NCBI RefSeq assembly: GCF_000195975.1
Contig: NC_005070.1
Location: forward strand, 570,001-602,000
Direction: 5' to 3'
Source of the DNA: Parasynechococcus marenigrum WH 8102
GTDB lineage: Bacteria; Cyanobacteriota; Cyanobacteriia; PCC-6307; Cyanobiaceae
Length of the DNA stretch: 32,000 nucleotides
The position numbers were made by a program, and so were the translations under genes. This document shows positions 1 to 8,454 of the stretch, one piece after another (the stretch's first letter is position 1; every line of letters begins with the position of its first letter). The notes under the pieces are model-generated. The model saw nothing but the letters and a program-made list of their open reading frames with translations, had not been told where the DNA came from and did no database searches.

Positions 1-821
1 GCACCTACCGCGGTCGCTACGCCCCCTCGCCGACGGGCGCCTTGCATCTCGGCAATCTCCAGACCGCCCTGTTGTCCTGGTTGCAGGCGCGCCAGGCCGG
101 TGGTGTCTGGCTGTTGCGCATCGATGATCTCGACACCCCCCGCAACCGGCCCGGTGCCGTTGAGGCGATCCAGGCCGATCTGCACTGGCTCGGGCTCGAC
201 TGGGACGGGGAGCCGATTCTGCAGAGCTGCCGCCGTGGGCTTTATGCCTCCTGGCTCTCCTGGTTCCGCCGCAGCGGCGCCCTGTTCCCCTGCCGTTGCT
301 CACGACGGGAGCTGGCAGGTCTGGCGCGTTACCCCGGCACCTGCCGTGATGGCGGCGCTGGCTGGGGGTGGCGTGATCGCCGGTTGCCGAGCTGGCGGTT
401 GCGGGTTCCCAGCCGTGATCCAGATGGCAGCGGTGATGTGGTGGTGCGCCGTGCCGACGGGTTCATCGCTTACCAGTTGGCCACCGTGATCGATGAACTG
501 GCCCTGGGCATCACTGATGTAGTGCGCGGTGAGGACCTGCGCGAGGCCTTGCCCGCTCAGCGGAGTGTGTATCGGGCCCTGCAGCAGCAACCCCCCCGCT
601 TTCACCACGGTCCGTTGCGTTGTGACGCCGAGGGAAGGAAGCTGTCGAAACGTGAAGCCAGCAGCGGACTGATGGCCTTGCGTGAGCTGGGTCTGGATGC
701 CCCTGCAGTGGTTGGTCTTCTGGCCTCTGGTCTGGGTTATGGGCCGCCTGGGGCCAGGCTCTCGGCGATCGAATTACTGGAGGACTTGACTCAGAAAGGG
801 ATCCGTGCTGGTCATTCTTAA
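1..821 (+). CDS. gluQ: tRNA glutamyl-Q(34) synthetase (GluQRS), 5' end cut by window edge
   Basis: The frame is open from base 3 and reads TYRGRYAPSPTGALHLGNL, a class I GluRS-type HIGH motif. A KLSKR (KMSKS-like) motif lies later. At about 260+ aa it is a truncated GluRS lacking an anticodon-binding domain. The TTG at 42 in the ORF track is internal. Confidence 0.85.
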   Translation, partial: TYRGRYAPSPTGALHLGNLQTALLSWLQARQAGGVWLLRIDDLDTPRNRPGAVEAIQADLHWLGLDWDGEPILQSCRRGLYASWLSWFRRSGALFPCRCSRRELAGLARYPGTCRDGGAGWGWRDRRLPSWRLRVPSRDPDGSGDVVVRRADGFIAYQLATVIDELALGITDVVRGEDLREALPAQRSVYRALQQQPPRFHHGPLRCDAEGRKLSKREASSGLMALRELGLDAPAVVGLLASGLGYGPPGARLSAIELLEDLTQKGIRAGHS

Positions 822-887
822 GGAAGGCTTCGGGATCGTTCGGCTCAATTAGCCTCACACTCATTTCAACGATCCAGCGCACCGGTT

Positions 888-1076
888 ATGAGCACCTGCA
901 CCATTTGCGGAGGCAGCGGGATTCAACGCGTGTCCGGCCAGCGTTTCCGTACTTGTCTGGCCTGCCTCGGGCAGGGTCAGCTCAGTCCTGCGATCCAGGC
1001 GGCTCCCATGAATCAGCTGTCCACTTCGGACATGACCGTGACGCCGTTGAGTGGTCTGGTCCGTCAGCAGTCCTGA
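888..1076 (+). CDS. small hypothetical protein with a DnaJ-type CxxCxGxG zinc-finger motif
   Basis: 62-aa ORF with an ATG start. It contains CTICGGSG (CxxCxGxG) followed by CLACLGQG. It sits in its own intergenic slot after gluQ, and its third-position GC is consistent with coding. Confidence 0.45.
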   Translation: MSTCTICGGSGIQRVSGQRFRTCLACLGQGQLSPAIQAAPMNQLSTSDMTVTPLSGLVRQQS

Positions 1077-1088
1077 CCAGAGCCGCGT

Positions 1089-1226
1089 TCAGCCCAGCGG
1101 GGCCTTCTGCTTGTTGCGCACCACGAAGAAGGTCGCCGTGCCGACAACAACGACCAGCGGCACGGCGGTGAACAGCAGCAGAGCGATCGCGGTCCAGTCG
1201 GTGTACACGGCTGAGCTCAGGGTCAA
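1089..1226 (-). CDS. possible very small single-pass membrane protein (start uncertain)
   Basis: The 3' two thirds of ORF 1089..1274 encode a hydrophobic helix, WTAIALLLFTAVPLVVVVGTATFFVV, followed by a basic tail RNKQK, with strong GC3 bias. The 5' part looks non-coding, so I chose the TTG at 1226. No family was recognised. Confidence 0.3.
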   Translation of the reverse strand: MTLSSAVYTDWTAIALLLFTAVPLVVVVGTATFFVVRNKQKAPLG

Positions 1227-1267
1227 AGTTGAGTCATCATCACAGCAAACCGCCTCCTGGTTTCGTG

Positions 1268-1582
1268 ATGGCACGACCCGTCACAGTCGTTGCATCTCTG
1301 ATTGTTCTCAGCGGCGCTGGCGAAGTTCAGGCTGTCGGCCTGGCCTCTGTGCAGGCTGAAGCCCGCCTCTGCCTGCAAGGCAGGCTGCCAGCCGCCTGCG
1401 AACGGGCGCTGGATCAAACGGAGCAGCTTCAGCGCCGAGCGGCGGACATCGAGGCCTATCCCTGTCAGACCCTGCTGCTGGCTCTGCAGGCCGATGTGAT
1501 TCTCCAGCAGCTGGGCCATGGGCGCGGAGAGCGAGCCCTGGCCGATCTCAGTGCTGCCGGCCGCGGATGTGTTGGGTTGTGA
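1268..1582 (+). CDS. hypothetical secreted protein (signal peptide, 4 Cys)
   Basis: The ATG at 1268 gives MARPVTVVASLIVLSGAGEVQA, which is signal-peptide-like. The remainder has coding-like codon usage. It is convergent with sdhB. No family was recognised. Confidence 0.45.
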   Translation: MARPVTVVASLIVLSGAGEVQAVGLASVQAEARLCLQGRLPAACERALDQTEQLQRRAADIEAYPCQTLLLALQADVILQQLGHGRGERALADLSAAGRGCVGL

Positions 1583-1600
1583 GCACGTTGATGACGACGC

Positions 1601-2329
1601 TCAGCCCCGCCGCTCCCGGTGCATCCAGCTGATCCAGTCCGCTGAGATCTCCTGCGGACAAACGGCTTCACATTCCAGATTGCTGCTGCAGTTGCCGAAG
1701 CCTTCGGCCACCATCTGATCCTGCATCGCCCTGGCGCGCGAAGCCCGTTCCGGCTGGCCCTGGGGTAACTGACCGAGGTGCGCCAATTTGGCCGCCACGA
1801 ACAGGCTGGCGGACGCATTCCTGCAGCTCGCCACACAGGCTCCGCAGCCGATGCAGGTCGCGGTGCTGAAGGCGCTGGTGGCCTGGTCGCGTCCTACCGG
1901 CAGGGCATTGCCATCCGGGGCCTGGCCGGTGCCGGTGGAGCAATAGCCACCGGCGGCAATCAAGCGGTCCAACGAGGAGCGCTCCACCATCAGATCCTGA
2001 ATGGCAGGGAAGGCCTTGGCCCGCCATGGCTCAAGCGTCAGTTCCGCGCCATCGCTGAACTCCCGCAGATAGAGCTGACACACCGACGTGGCACGACGGG
2101 GGCCATGGGCCTGGCCGTTCACGAGGAAGCCGCAACTGCCGCATATGCCCTCCCGGCAATCGTGCTCAAAGCTCACCGGTCGTTTCCCGGCGCTGATCAG
2201 CTGCTCGTTCAGTTGATCGAGGGCCTCCAGCAACGACACCTCCGGCGAAACATCGGCAAGTGCATGGCGCTCGTACCGGCCGGGCTGGTCTGCGGCGGCT
2301 TGGCGCCAGATGCGCAGGGTGATCTTCAT
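1601..2329 (-). CDS. sdhB: succinate dehydrogenase/fumarate reductase iron-sulfur subunit
   Basis: 242 aa with 2Fe-2S and 4Fe-4S Cys clusters ([27 protein letters not shown]). Its ATG overlaps the sdhA stop (ATGA at 2326-2329). Confidence 0.93.
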   Translation of the reverse strand: MKITLRIWRQAAADQPGRYERHALADVSPEVSLLEALDQLNEQLISAGKRPVSFEHDCREGICGSCGFLVNGQAHGPRRATSVCQLYLREFSDGAELTLEPWRAKAFPAIQDLMVERSSLDRLIAAGGYCSTGTGQAPDGNALPVGRDQATSAFSTATCIGCGACVASCRNASASLFVAAKLAHLGQLPQGQPERASRARAMQDQMVAEGFGNCSSNLECEAVCPQEISADWISWMHRERRG

Positions 2330-4242
2330 CGGTAGCTGCGGGTGCTCGGTTGCAGGGCGGTGAACTGCAACGTTTCGCTGTGGCGGATCGGCTCCGCACC
2401 ATCCTGGTGTTCCCAGGCTGCGATGTGGGCGAAGTTGACGTCATCACGCCGGGCTTCACCCTCCGGGCTCTGGTGCTCCTCACGGAAGTGGGCACCGCAA
2501 GATTCCTCTCGCGCCAGGGCATCGCGCAGCATCAGCTGTGCCAACCCGAAGAAATCACTCACCCGCAGCGCTTTCTCCAGTTCCGCGTTGGGCCCTGCCG
2601 CTTCTCCCGGCACCCGCACTTCACCGTGGAAGCGCTTCTCCAAGGCCTCCACCTGGCTGAGTCCGTCCCGGAGACCTTCGGCATCGCGGCTGATGCCGCA
2701 GCGATCGATCATCACGGCCCCAAGTTCCCGGTGGAAGCTGTCCACGGGAGTTGTGCCTCCACTGGCCAGCATCGTCTCGATCCGACGGCGGGTGCTCTCC
2801 AGGGCTTCGCAGCAGGCTGGATTATCAGGTGTGACGTCCGGGGCCGCGTTGCCAGCCAGCCAGGCGGTCACCGTGGACGGGGCTATGAAATACCCGTCGG
2901 CCAATCCCTGCATCAACGCACTGGCCCCCAGGCGGTTGGCGCCGTGTTCGGAGTAGTTCGCCTCCCCCAGCACGAACAACCCCGGGATCGAGCTCATCAA
3001 CTGGTAGTCCACCCACAGGCCGCCCATCGTGTAATGGGGGGCGGGGTAAATCCGCATCGGTTTGCGGTAGGGATCGTCGCCGCTGATCCGCTCGTACATC
3101 GTCATCAAGTTGCCGTAGCGGGCAGCGATGGCCTCGCGGCCTTCCGTCTTGATCGCATCGGTGAGATCCAGATACACCGAGCGGCCACCGGGGCCAACGC
3201 CCCGCCCTGCATTGCACAGCTCCCGCGCCCGGCGGGAGGCCACATCCCGTGGCGCCATGTTGCCGTAGCTGGGATAAAGCCGCTCCAGGAAATAGTCGCG
3301 CTCCTGTTCCGGGATGGCCTCGGCGGACCGCTTGTCGCCAGTTTCGAGCGGCAGCCAGATGCGGCCGTCGTTGCGCAGGCTTTCGCTCATCAGCGTCAGC
3401 TTGCTCTGGAAGGCATCACCGCTGGGAATGCAGGTGGGGTGGATCTGGGTGAAGCAGGGGTTGGCGAACAGGGCGCCCTTGCGGTGGGCCCGCCAGATGG
3501 CGCTGGCGTTGGATTTCAGCGCATTCGTCGAGAGGAAGTAGACGTTGCTGTAGCCCCCGGTGCAGAGCAGTACCGTGCGGGCGGTGTGAACTTCCAACGC
3601 ACCGCTGAGCAGATGGCGGGCCACCACGCCCCGCGCGACACCATCAACGGTGATCAGCTCGAGCACATCACGGCGGGTGAGCATTCGGACCCGGCCAAGC
3701 TCCACCTGACGCATCAACGCCTGGTAAGCGCCATAGAGCAACTGCTGACCGGTCTGGCCGCGGGCGTAGAAGGTACGGCTCACCAGGGCGCCGCCGAAAC
3801 TGCGGGTGGCCAGGCTGCCGCCGTATTCCCGGGCGAAGGGCACGCCCTGGGCCACGCATTGATCAATGATGCCGCTGCTGATTTCCGCCAGCCGCTGGCA
3901 GCCGCTTTCCCGGGCTCTGAAGTCACCTCCCTTGAGCGTGTCGGTGAACAGGCGGCTGACGCTGTCGCCATCCACGGCCAACGATCGCGCCGCATTGATG
4001 CCGCCCTGGGCCGCCACCGAATGGGCCCGCCGCGGGCTGTCGTGGAAGTTCAGCACCGTCACCCGGTAGCCCTGCTGGGCCAGGGTGGCGGCGGCAGAGG
4101 CACCCGCCAGGCCGGTGCCCACCACCAGCACATCGATCTGGCCTTTGCGCAGGGGGCTGATCAAGGGCAGCCACTCCTTGGTGCGCTGCCAGGCATCGGC
4201 GATCGGGCCGGCAGGAATGCGCGGGTCTGGCAAGCCGCTCAT
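2326..4242 (-). CDS. sdhA: succinate dehydrogenase/fumarate reductase flavoprotein subunit
   Basis: 638 aa with an N-terminal FAD-binding fold ([15 protein letters not shown]), the HSVAAQGGI histidyl-FAD region, and HYTMGG. It shows full-length SdhA/FrdA similarity. Confidence 0.95.
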   Translation of the reverse strand: MSGLPDPRIPAGPIADAWQRTKEWLPLISPLRKGQIDVLVVGTGLAGASAAATLAQQGYRVTVLNFHDSPRRAHSVAAQGGINAARSLAVDGDSVSRLFTDTLKGGDFRARESGCQRLAEISSGIIDQCVAQGVPFAREYGGSLATRSFGGALVSRTFYARGQTGQQLLYGAYQALMRQVELGRVRMLTRRDVLELITVDGVARGVVARHLLSGALEVHTARTVLLCTGGYSNVYFLSTNALKSNASAIWRAHRKGALFANPCFTQIHPTCIPSGDAFQSKLTLMSESLRNDGRIWLPLETGDKRSAEAIPEQERDYFLERLYPSYGNMAPRDVASRRARELCNAGRGVGPGGRSVYLDLTDAIKTEGREAIAARYGNLMTMYERISGDDPYRKPMRIYPAPHYTMGGLWVDYQLMSSIPGLFVLGEANYSEHGANRLGASALMQGLADGYFIAPSTVTAWLAGNAAPDVTPDNPACCEALESTRRRIETMLASGGTTPVDSFHRELGAVMIDRCGISRDAEGLRDGLSQVEALEKRFHGEVRVPGEAAGPNAELEKALRVSDFFGLAQLMLRDALAREESCGAHFREEHQSPEGEARRDDVNFAHIAAWEHQDGAEPIRHSETLQFTALQPSTRSYR

Positions 4243-4931
4243 GCGACACCTCTAAGGGCCAGCAGCACACTGATCATCAGGAAACCGCCGCCGATCAGGG
4301 CGGCGAGAACGCCTGCTCCCGCGCGCAGGGCGCTGCTGTTGGCGGGTGTCAGCCAGCCGAGGCTGCGGTGGGCGGCTTCGGCGCCGTGCAGCAGATGCAG
4401 GGCCAGGGCCACTGCCGCAGCGGCATAGAGGACAGCGTTCCACGGCTGTTGCAGCACCTGGATCAACGTGGCGGCTTCGTCGCCAGCTGCGGGGCGGGGC
4501 CAGCGCAGCTGGCGCAGGTGCATCACCAGAAAACCCAGGGTCACCAGTCCGGCCACCACCGTGCTGCGGCTAGCCAGGGCTGCCAGGGGGGATTGGCGAC
4601 GACTTCGGAGAGTCGCGGTGTTGCCCGCTCTGCGGTTGGCCATGGCCTTGACCAGGGTGAGGCTGATGTGAACGACGGCCATCAGCAGCAGGCCGCTCTC
4701 CACCACAGGCAGCCATGGGCTGCTGTGCAGGGCTGTGGCGTAGGCCTCGAACTGCTCAGGTGCCAGCACCGCGGGGAGCAGGCCAATCAGATGCACCAGC
4801 ACGAACAGCACCAGCAGCAATCCACTGAAGGCGGCACCCAAGCGGACAAGGGCTGCAGGGACCGTGGCTGCAGGGATGGTGACCAAAGCAGGCTCGACAC
4901 GTCCGTGAATCGATCCATGCTCCCTGATCAC
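4239..4931 (-). CDS. sdhC: succinate dehydrogenase membrane anchor, cytochrome b558-type (start uncertain)
   Basis: A polytopic hydrophobic protein of about 230 aa with conserved His in its helices. Its stop overlaps the sdhA start (ATGA at 4239-4242). Its position as first gene of an sdhCAB arrangement matches the Bacillus-type three-subunit enzyme. Confidence 0.7.
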   Translation of the reverse strand: MIREHGSIHGRVEPALVTIPAATVPAALVRLGAAFSGLLLVLFVLVHLIGLLPAVLAPEQFEAYATALHSSPWLPVVESGLLLMAVVHISLTLVKAMANRRAGNTATLRSRRQSPLAALASRSTVVAGLVTLGFLVMHLRQLRWPRPAAGDEAATLIQVLQQPWNAVLYAAAAVALALHLLHGAEAAHRSLGWLTPANSSALRAGAGVLAALIGGGFLMISVLLALRGVA

Positions 4932-5004
4932 GGCAGCCGTTGTGATTCCTCAACGGCGTTGTCATGGTGGGTTGAGAGCAGAGTCGCCGCAGCTCGTGCC
5001 CGTT

Positions 5005-6051
5005 GTGCCGCATCGCCATCGTTGGTGGATTGCCCTGGTTGCCGCAGCATTTGCCCTCACGCTGGCCCTGGGGTTGGGGCAGCCGTCGCAGGCGCCACCC
5101 CCCGTGGCCTGACGTTCCGATGCTCCTGCGGCAATTGACTGGGGCACTTTGAAGGCTGCGCCGACTGCTCCAGCTGAGCCGCTGCAGCAGGTGGGTGCCT
5201 ACATCACCAACATCAGCGACATCGACCTGATGGATGACCAGTTCTCCATCGAACTGCTGCTTTGGACCATGTGGCATGGGGACCAGGATCAGAACCCCAG
5301 TGATCAGTTGCGCGTCCTCAACGGCATCTACAACGGAGATATTCAGCGCTTTGAACGGATCCGCCGGGATCAGACGGATGGTCACAGCTGGAGCCTCTAC
5401 AAGGTGCGTTCACCGGTGGTGAAGCGCTGGCGCCTGCAGCGCTATCCCTTCGACGACCAGCTCCTCCACGTTCAGATCGGTCTGGATGATCCTCTGCAGC
5501 CGGTGAATCTGGATGTGGTGCCCAAGCAGCCCTTCAGCGTGACTCCCAGCCTGCTGCTGCCGGGTTGGACCCTGAAGGATCCGACGGGTTATGCCTCCAG
5601 CATCAGTCTGATGAATGATCTGGGCCGTCCTCTCGCCGACGGTGTCGCTGTACGTCGGCAACCCACCGTGTCGTTTGACCTGCCGATCCAGCGACGCAGC
5701 CTGCTGTTCGTCGCGCCCGATTTCCTGGGTTACCTATTGGCGATCGGCCTTTGCTGCATGAGTCTGCTGATCACCCGTAGCCGGGATGATCTGATCCTCG
5801 CGGCGGTGGTGTCCGCCGGCGGTAACTACGTGTTCATTGCCGGCAATCTTCCGGTGACGGCGATGACGGGCTTCATCGGCAATCTGCAATTGATCATTTT
5901 TCTGGGGATTCTTTATGTCGTTGCTGCTGATGAATTGATCGACAATCAACTCAGTCTGATTAGTACCAGGTTTGCCAAGGGGCTGCGGGTGCTGTTGCTG
6001 CCTAGTTATGTGGCGATGACCTTGCTGGGGATCTGGTGGATCATTCCATGA
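5005..6051 (+). pseudogene. pentameric ligand-gated ion channel (GLIC/ELIC-like, Cys-loop superfamily) interrupted by in-frame TGA at 5110-5112
   Basis: ORF 5149..6051 has the pLGIC signature RYPFDDQLLHVQI (5443-5460 encodes YPFDDQ). It also has a beta-rich N-terminal domain and four C-terminal TM helices with a short M3-M4 loop. In the same frame, 5005-5109 encodes a textbook signal peptide, VPHRHRWWIALVAAAFALTLALGLGQPSQA/PPPVA, which ends at the TGA at 5110. Confidence 0.75.
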
Positions 6052-7118
6052 CGCAAACGAATGCGCCCCACCCATCCGATTACTGGACATTGTTGACGTC
6101 CGGACTCACCATTGTCATTGCTCTGGTGGGCGCATTGTTGATTCTACCGCGTCTGAGTGAACGTCGGCTCAAGATCGACGATCAATCCATTCTCACTGCA
6201 ACCGAAGTGCGATCTTTGCCTGCGGGAACCCTCGCGGTGGTCTTGGATCGTTCGCCAGGCGAGGACCACAACGATTTCAAATATCGACTGCTGGAGCTGA
6301 TGCTCAAGAGCAGTGGTCGTCCGTTCGCCCTTGGGCTCAGCGAAGTGGTGATCGCACAGGATGAAGCCGTTGCGGCATTGGAACAAGACGTCGCCAGCTC
6401 CAGCCGCAATCCCTTTGCCTTGAGCGTTGGGGTCTACGGGGCTGGCGTGGATCTGAACCGGCGTCTGCGACCGGTGCCCATTCCCGTCACCGGAGGCATC
6501 CTCGGCCTGCGCAGCGGTTGGACCCATCGGAGTTAGATCGCGCGACTGGCCACGATCCGAACCCGGCAGGATCTCGAGGACATCGTTCTGCTCCAGGGGC
6601 TGGGCTGGAGTGATGTGGACATTTTTGATGCGGCGGGCCTGCGCACCTTCACCGCACGCTCGGAAGATCTGTTCCGTCTGGTGGATCACCAACGGGTGCA
6701 GTTGTTCCCTAGGGGCATTGCAGAGTTGGAGCGGGAGGCGCAGCTGATGGCGTCATCGACATCGGACACTGCCCTGGATCCACATCTGCTGCTTGCTTAT
6801 CCCTTCGCCGGCTTCTTTTATGTCAGCCCTAACAATCAACTGCTGGCGGATGCGATCCAAACGGGGTTTGAACGGGCGATTGCTGATGGCTCCTATCAGC
6901 GGTTAGTGGAAGAGCTGATTTTCAGCCCCTGGTTGCGCCGCACGCTCGTGCTCAAGAATCGCCGTGTGATCGTTCTGGCCAATCCGGTGGCGGCTGATGT
7001 TCTTTCCGCGGTGGACAGTCGCCATTGGATCGTGCCCTGGCCTGAGCTGTTGAACGGGGAGATCGAGACCGGAGAGCAGTTGTGTGCTGCGCAAAAGTTG
7101 AAAGCTCTTTGTTCTTGA
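6048..7118 (+). pseudogene. membrane-anchored family-3 solute-binding-like protein interrupted by in-frame TAG at 6534-6536
   Basis: The ATG at 6048 overlaps the channel gene stop (ATGA). An N-terminal TM anchor reads YWTLLTSGLTIVIALVGALLILP. ORFs 6036..6536 and 6615..7118 share one frame, and hand translation across the TAG is continuous (..GGILGLRSGWTHRS*IARLATIRTRQDLEDIVLLQGLGWSDVDIF..RVQLFPRGIAELE..). This resembles a single periplasmic-binding-protein fold. Confidence 0.65.
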
Positions 7119-7304
7119 AACGGATGTGAATCTGATTCCCGTAATTGATTGAATTTCAATATTTTTGTGTTAGGTAATCAGGTAAATATGTTTTTCTGGC
7201 CATGCAAGTCGTCGGGTCTTAAGTTGTCAAAGATGGTGGAATTCACGGGTAAATACGATATAAAGTTATTAAGCCAGGGCTGATAGTTGCCCTTGTTTGT
7301 TAGA

Positions 7305-7377
7305 AGCCGATGACCTGACTTGAACAGGCGACCCACGCTTTACGAAAGCGTTGCTCTACCGGCTGAGCTACATCGGC
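7305..7377 (-). tRNA. tRNA-Thr (anticodon CGU)
   Basis: The minus strand folds by hand into a cloverleaf. Acceptor stem GCCGATG/CATCGGC, D arm GCTC-AGCCGGTA-GAGC, anticodon arm ACGCT-TTCGTAA-AGCGT (CGT), variable loop GGGTC, T arm GCCTG-TTCAAGT-CAGGT, discriminator T. No CCA is encoded. Confidence 0.9.
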
Positions 7378-7396
7378 GGTAAAAGCAATTTAACAT

Positions 7397-7708
7397 TTGA
7401 GACTGTGCATTGCCGCCGTTTTGGACGAGAACCCAACATCACGGAAAGAATTGGACCCGGCGTTGCGGGACCGTTTGATTCGTGAATCACGCACCCCCTG
7501 GCGGGGACTCCGGCGTTTGGTCTGGTTCGCGTTGTTCGCTTCCGCAGGCCTGGGACTGTTCACCATGCTCTTCCGTGCCTCCGCTGGCGACAGCGTCGAG
7601 ATCTCCGACTTCGGGATCCAGGGGGGTGCTCTCCTCCTCTTCAGCAGTCTGCTCTGGTTCGACCGCAGCCGTGATGTCGATGTCGATCAGGGCGGAGGCG
7701 ACGGCTGA
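7397..7708 (+). CDS. small two-TM conserved cyanobacterial protein (DUF3493-like by recollection); start uncertain (TTG 7397 or 7421)
   Basis: Contains PWRGLRRLVWFALFASAGLGLFTMLF and a second helix GGALLLFSSLLWF. This layout is typical of a small thylakoid or membrane protein family. It overlaps the 3' tail of the convergent ORF 7487..8440. Confidence 0.5.
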   Translation: MRLCIAAVLDENPTSRKELDPALRDRLIRESRTPWRGLRRLVWFALFASAGLGLFTMLFRASAGDSVEISDFGIQGGALLLFSSLLWFDRSRDVDVDQGGGDG

Positions 7709-8440
7709 GTCGTCATCGCTCGTTGTTAAGTCGATGGATGCTGTGTCTTCCGGGAGATCGGAAGTTGGTTCCTGATCCGGCGCGTTGGTTGGCTCCGGTT
7801 CCGTTTCGTTGGTTGGTTCCGGAGTGGGCGAGGGGGTCGGTTCCACTGGCTCCGGCCAGGTCAGGGGGGCGAATCGCAGGACCTGAAGGCCAAAGCTGGT
7901 GCGTTCCTGCCGAAGCTGATCAAGGCTCCACGGTTCAGCGGCGGAGTCGTTCTGTGGTGCTTGGACCAGCAGGAGCACCGCCTGCACCAGTTGCTGGATC
8001 TGCCAGACTAGTAAGGCCAACAGTGGCGCCGTCAGCAGCAAGCTCACCAGTCGTGAGCTGTCCTGCAAAGGCGAGAATTCGTGGATCATCCCTGCAGATT
8101 CATCCAGCCACCACAGCAGCGGTAGCAGCAGAACAGTGCAACCCACCAGCGCTGAGCGGCTTCCCCATTGGCTCTCGGAGGCGCTGAGCCTCAGCTGATC
8201 GCTGCTGCGAGATGCCAATGGAAGGCGCAGCAGCAGCAGGGATCCCCAGTCCGCCGGACGTTTCCACAGCGCGATAGCAGGCGCCACAACGCCGACTCCC
8301 CAGATCAGCAGACGCTCCACGATCGGCACAGGGCCTGGATCCGCCCCTGCCAAAAGGAGGCGGATCTGCAGCAATTCCAGGGGGATCACGCCGATGGCCA
8401 GGCACTGAAGCCAAAGCAGGGGTTCGCGGTGGGATTGCAC
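7487..8440 (-). CDS. multi-pass membrane protein with acidic Pro/Thr/Glu low-complexity C-terminal tail
   Basis: 317-aa ORF immediately downstream of infB. The N-terminal 190 aa or so contain several hydrophobic helices. The C-terminal part is PEPTPSPTPEPTNETEPEPT... and acidic low complexity. The true 3' end is uncertain because the last 222 nt are antisense to the 7397..7708 ORF. Confidence 0.6.
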   Translation of the reverse strand: MQSHREPLLWLQCLAIGVIPLELLQIRLLLAGADPGPVPIVERLLIWGVGVVAPAIALWKRPADWGSLLLLRLPLASRSSDQLRLSASESQWGSRSALVGCTVLLLPLLWWLDESAGMIHEFSPLQDSSRLVSLLLTAPLLALLVWQIQQLVQAVLLLVQAPQNDSAAEPWSLDQLRQERTSFGLQVLRFAPLTWPEPVEPTPSPTPEPTNETEPEPTNAPDQEPTSDLPEDTASIDLTTSDDDSAVASALIDIDITAAVEPEQTAEEEESTPLDPEVGDLDAVASGGTEEHGEQSQACGSEQREPDQTPESPPGGA

Positions 8441-8454
8441 GGCGGAACGGTGCC

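Noticed and set aside
2350-4428. 692-aa plus-strand ORF
   Set aside because: It is entirely antisense to sdhA/sdhC. Its Ala/Gly/Arg/Pro-rich low-information sequence is typical of shadow ORFs in GC-rich DNA. The sdhA frame has unmistakable flavoprotein motifs.
5110-5112. Selenocysteine or programmed recoding at the in-frame TGAs (5110 and 17252)
   Set aside because: I saw no convincing SECIS-like hairpin immediately downstream. The neighbouring disrupted genes carry TAG and TAA as well, so simple nonsense mutation is the economical explanation.
7185-7262. 25-codon ATG ORF (MFFWPCKSSGLKLSKMVEFTGKYDI) in the AT-rich spacer
   Set aside because: It is very short, has atypical composition for this genome, and has no recognisable motif or ribosome-binding context.
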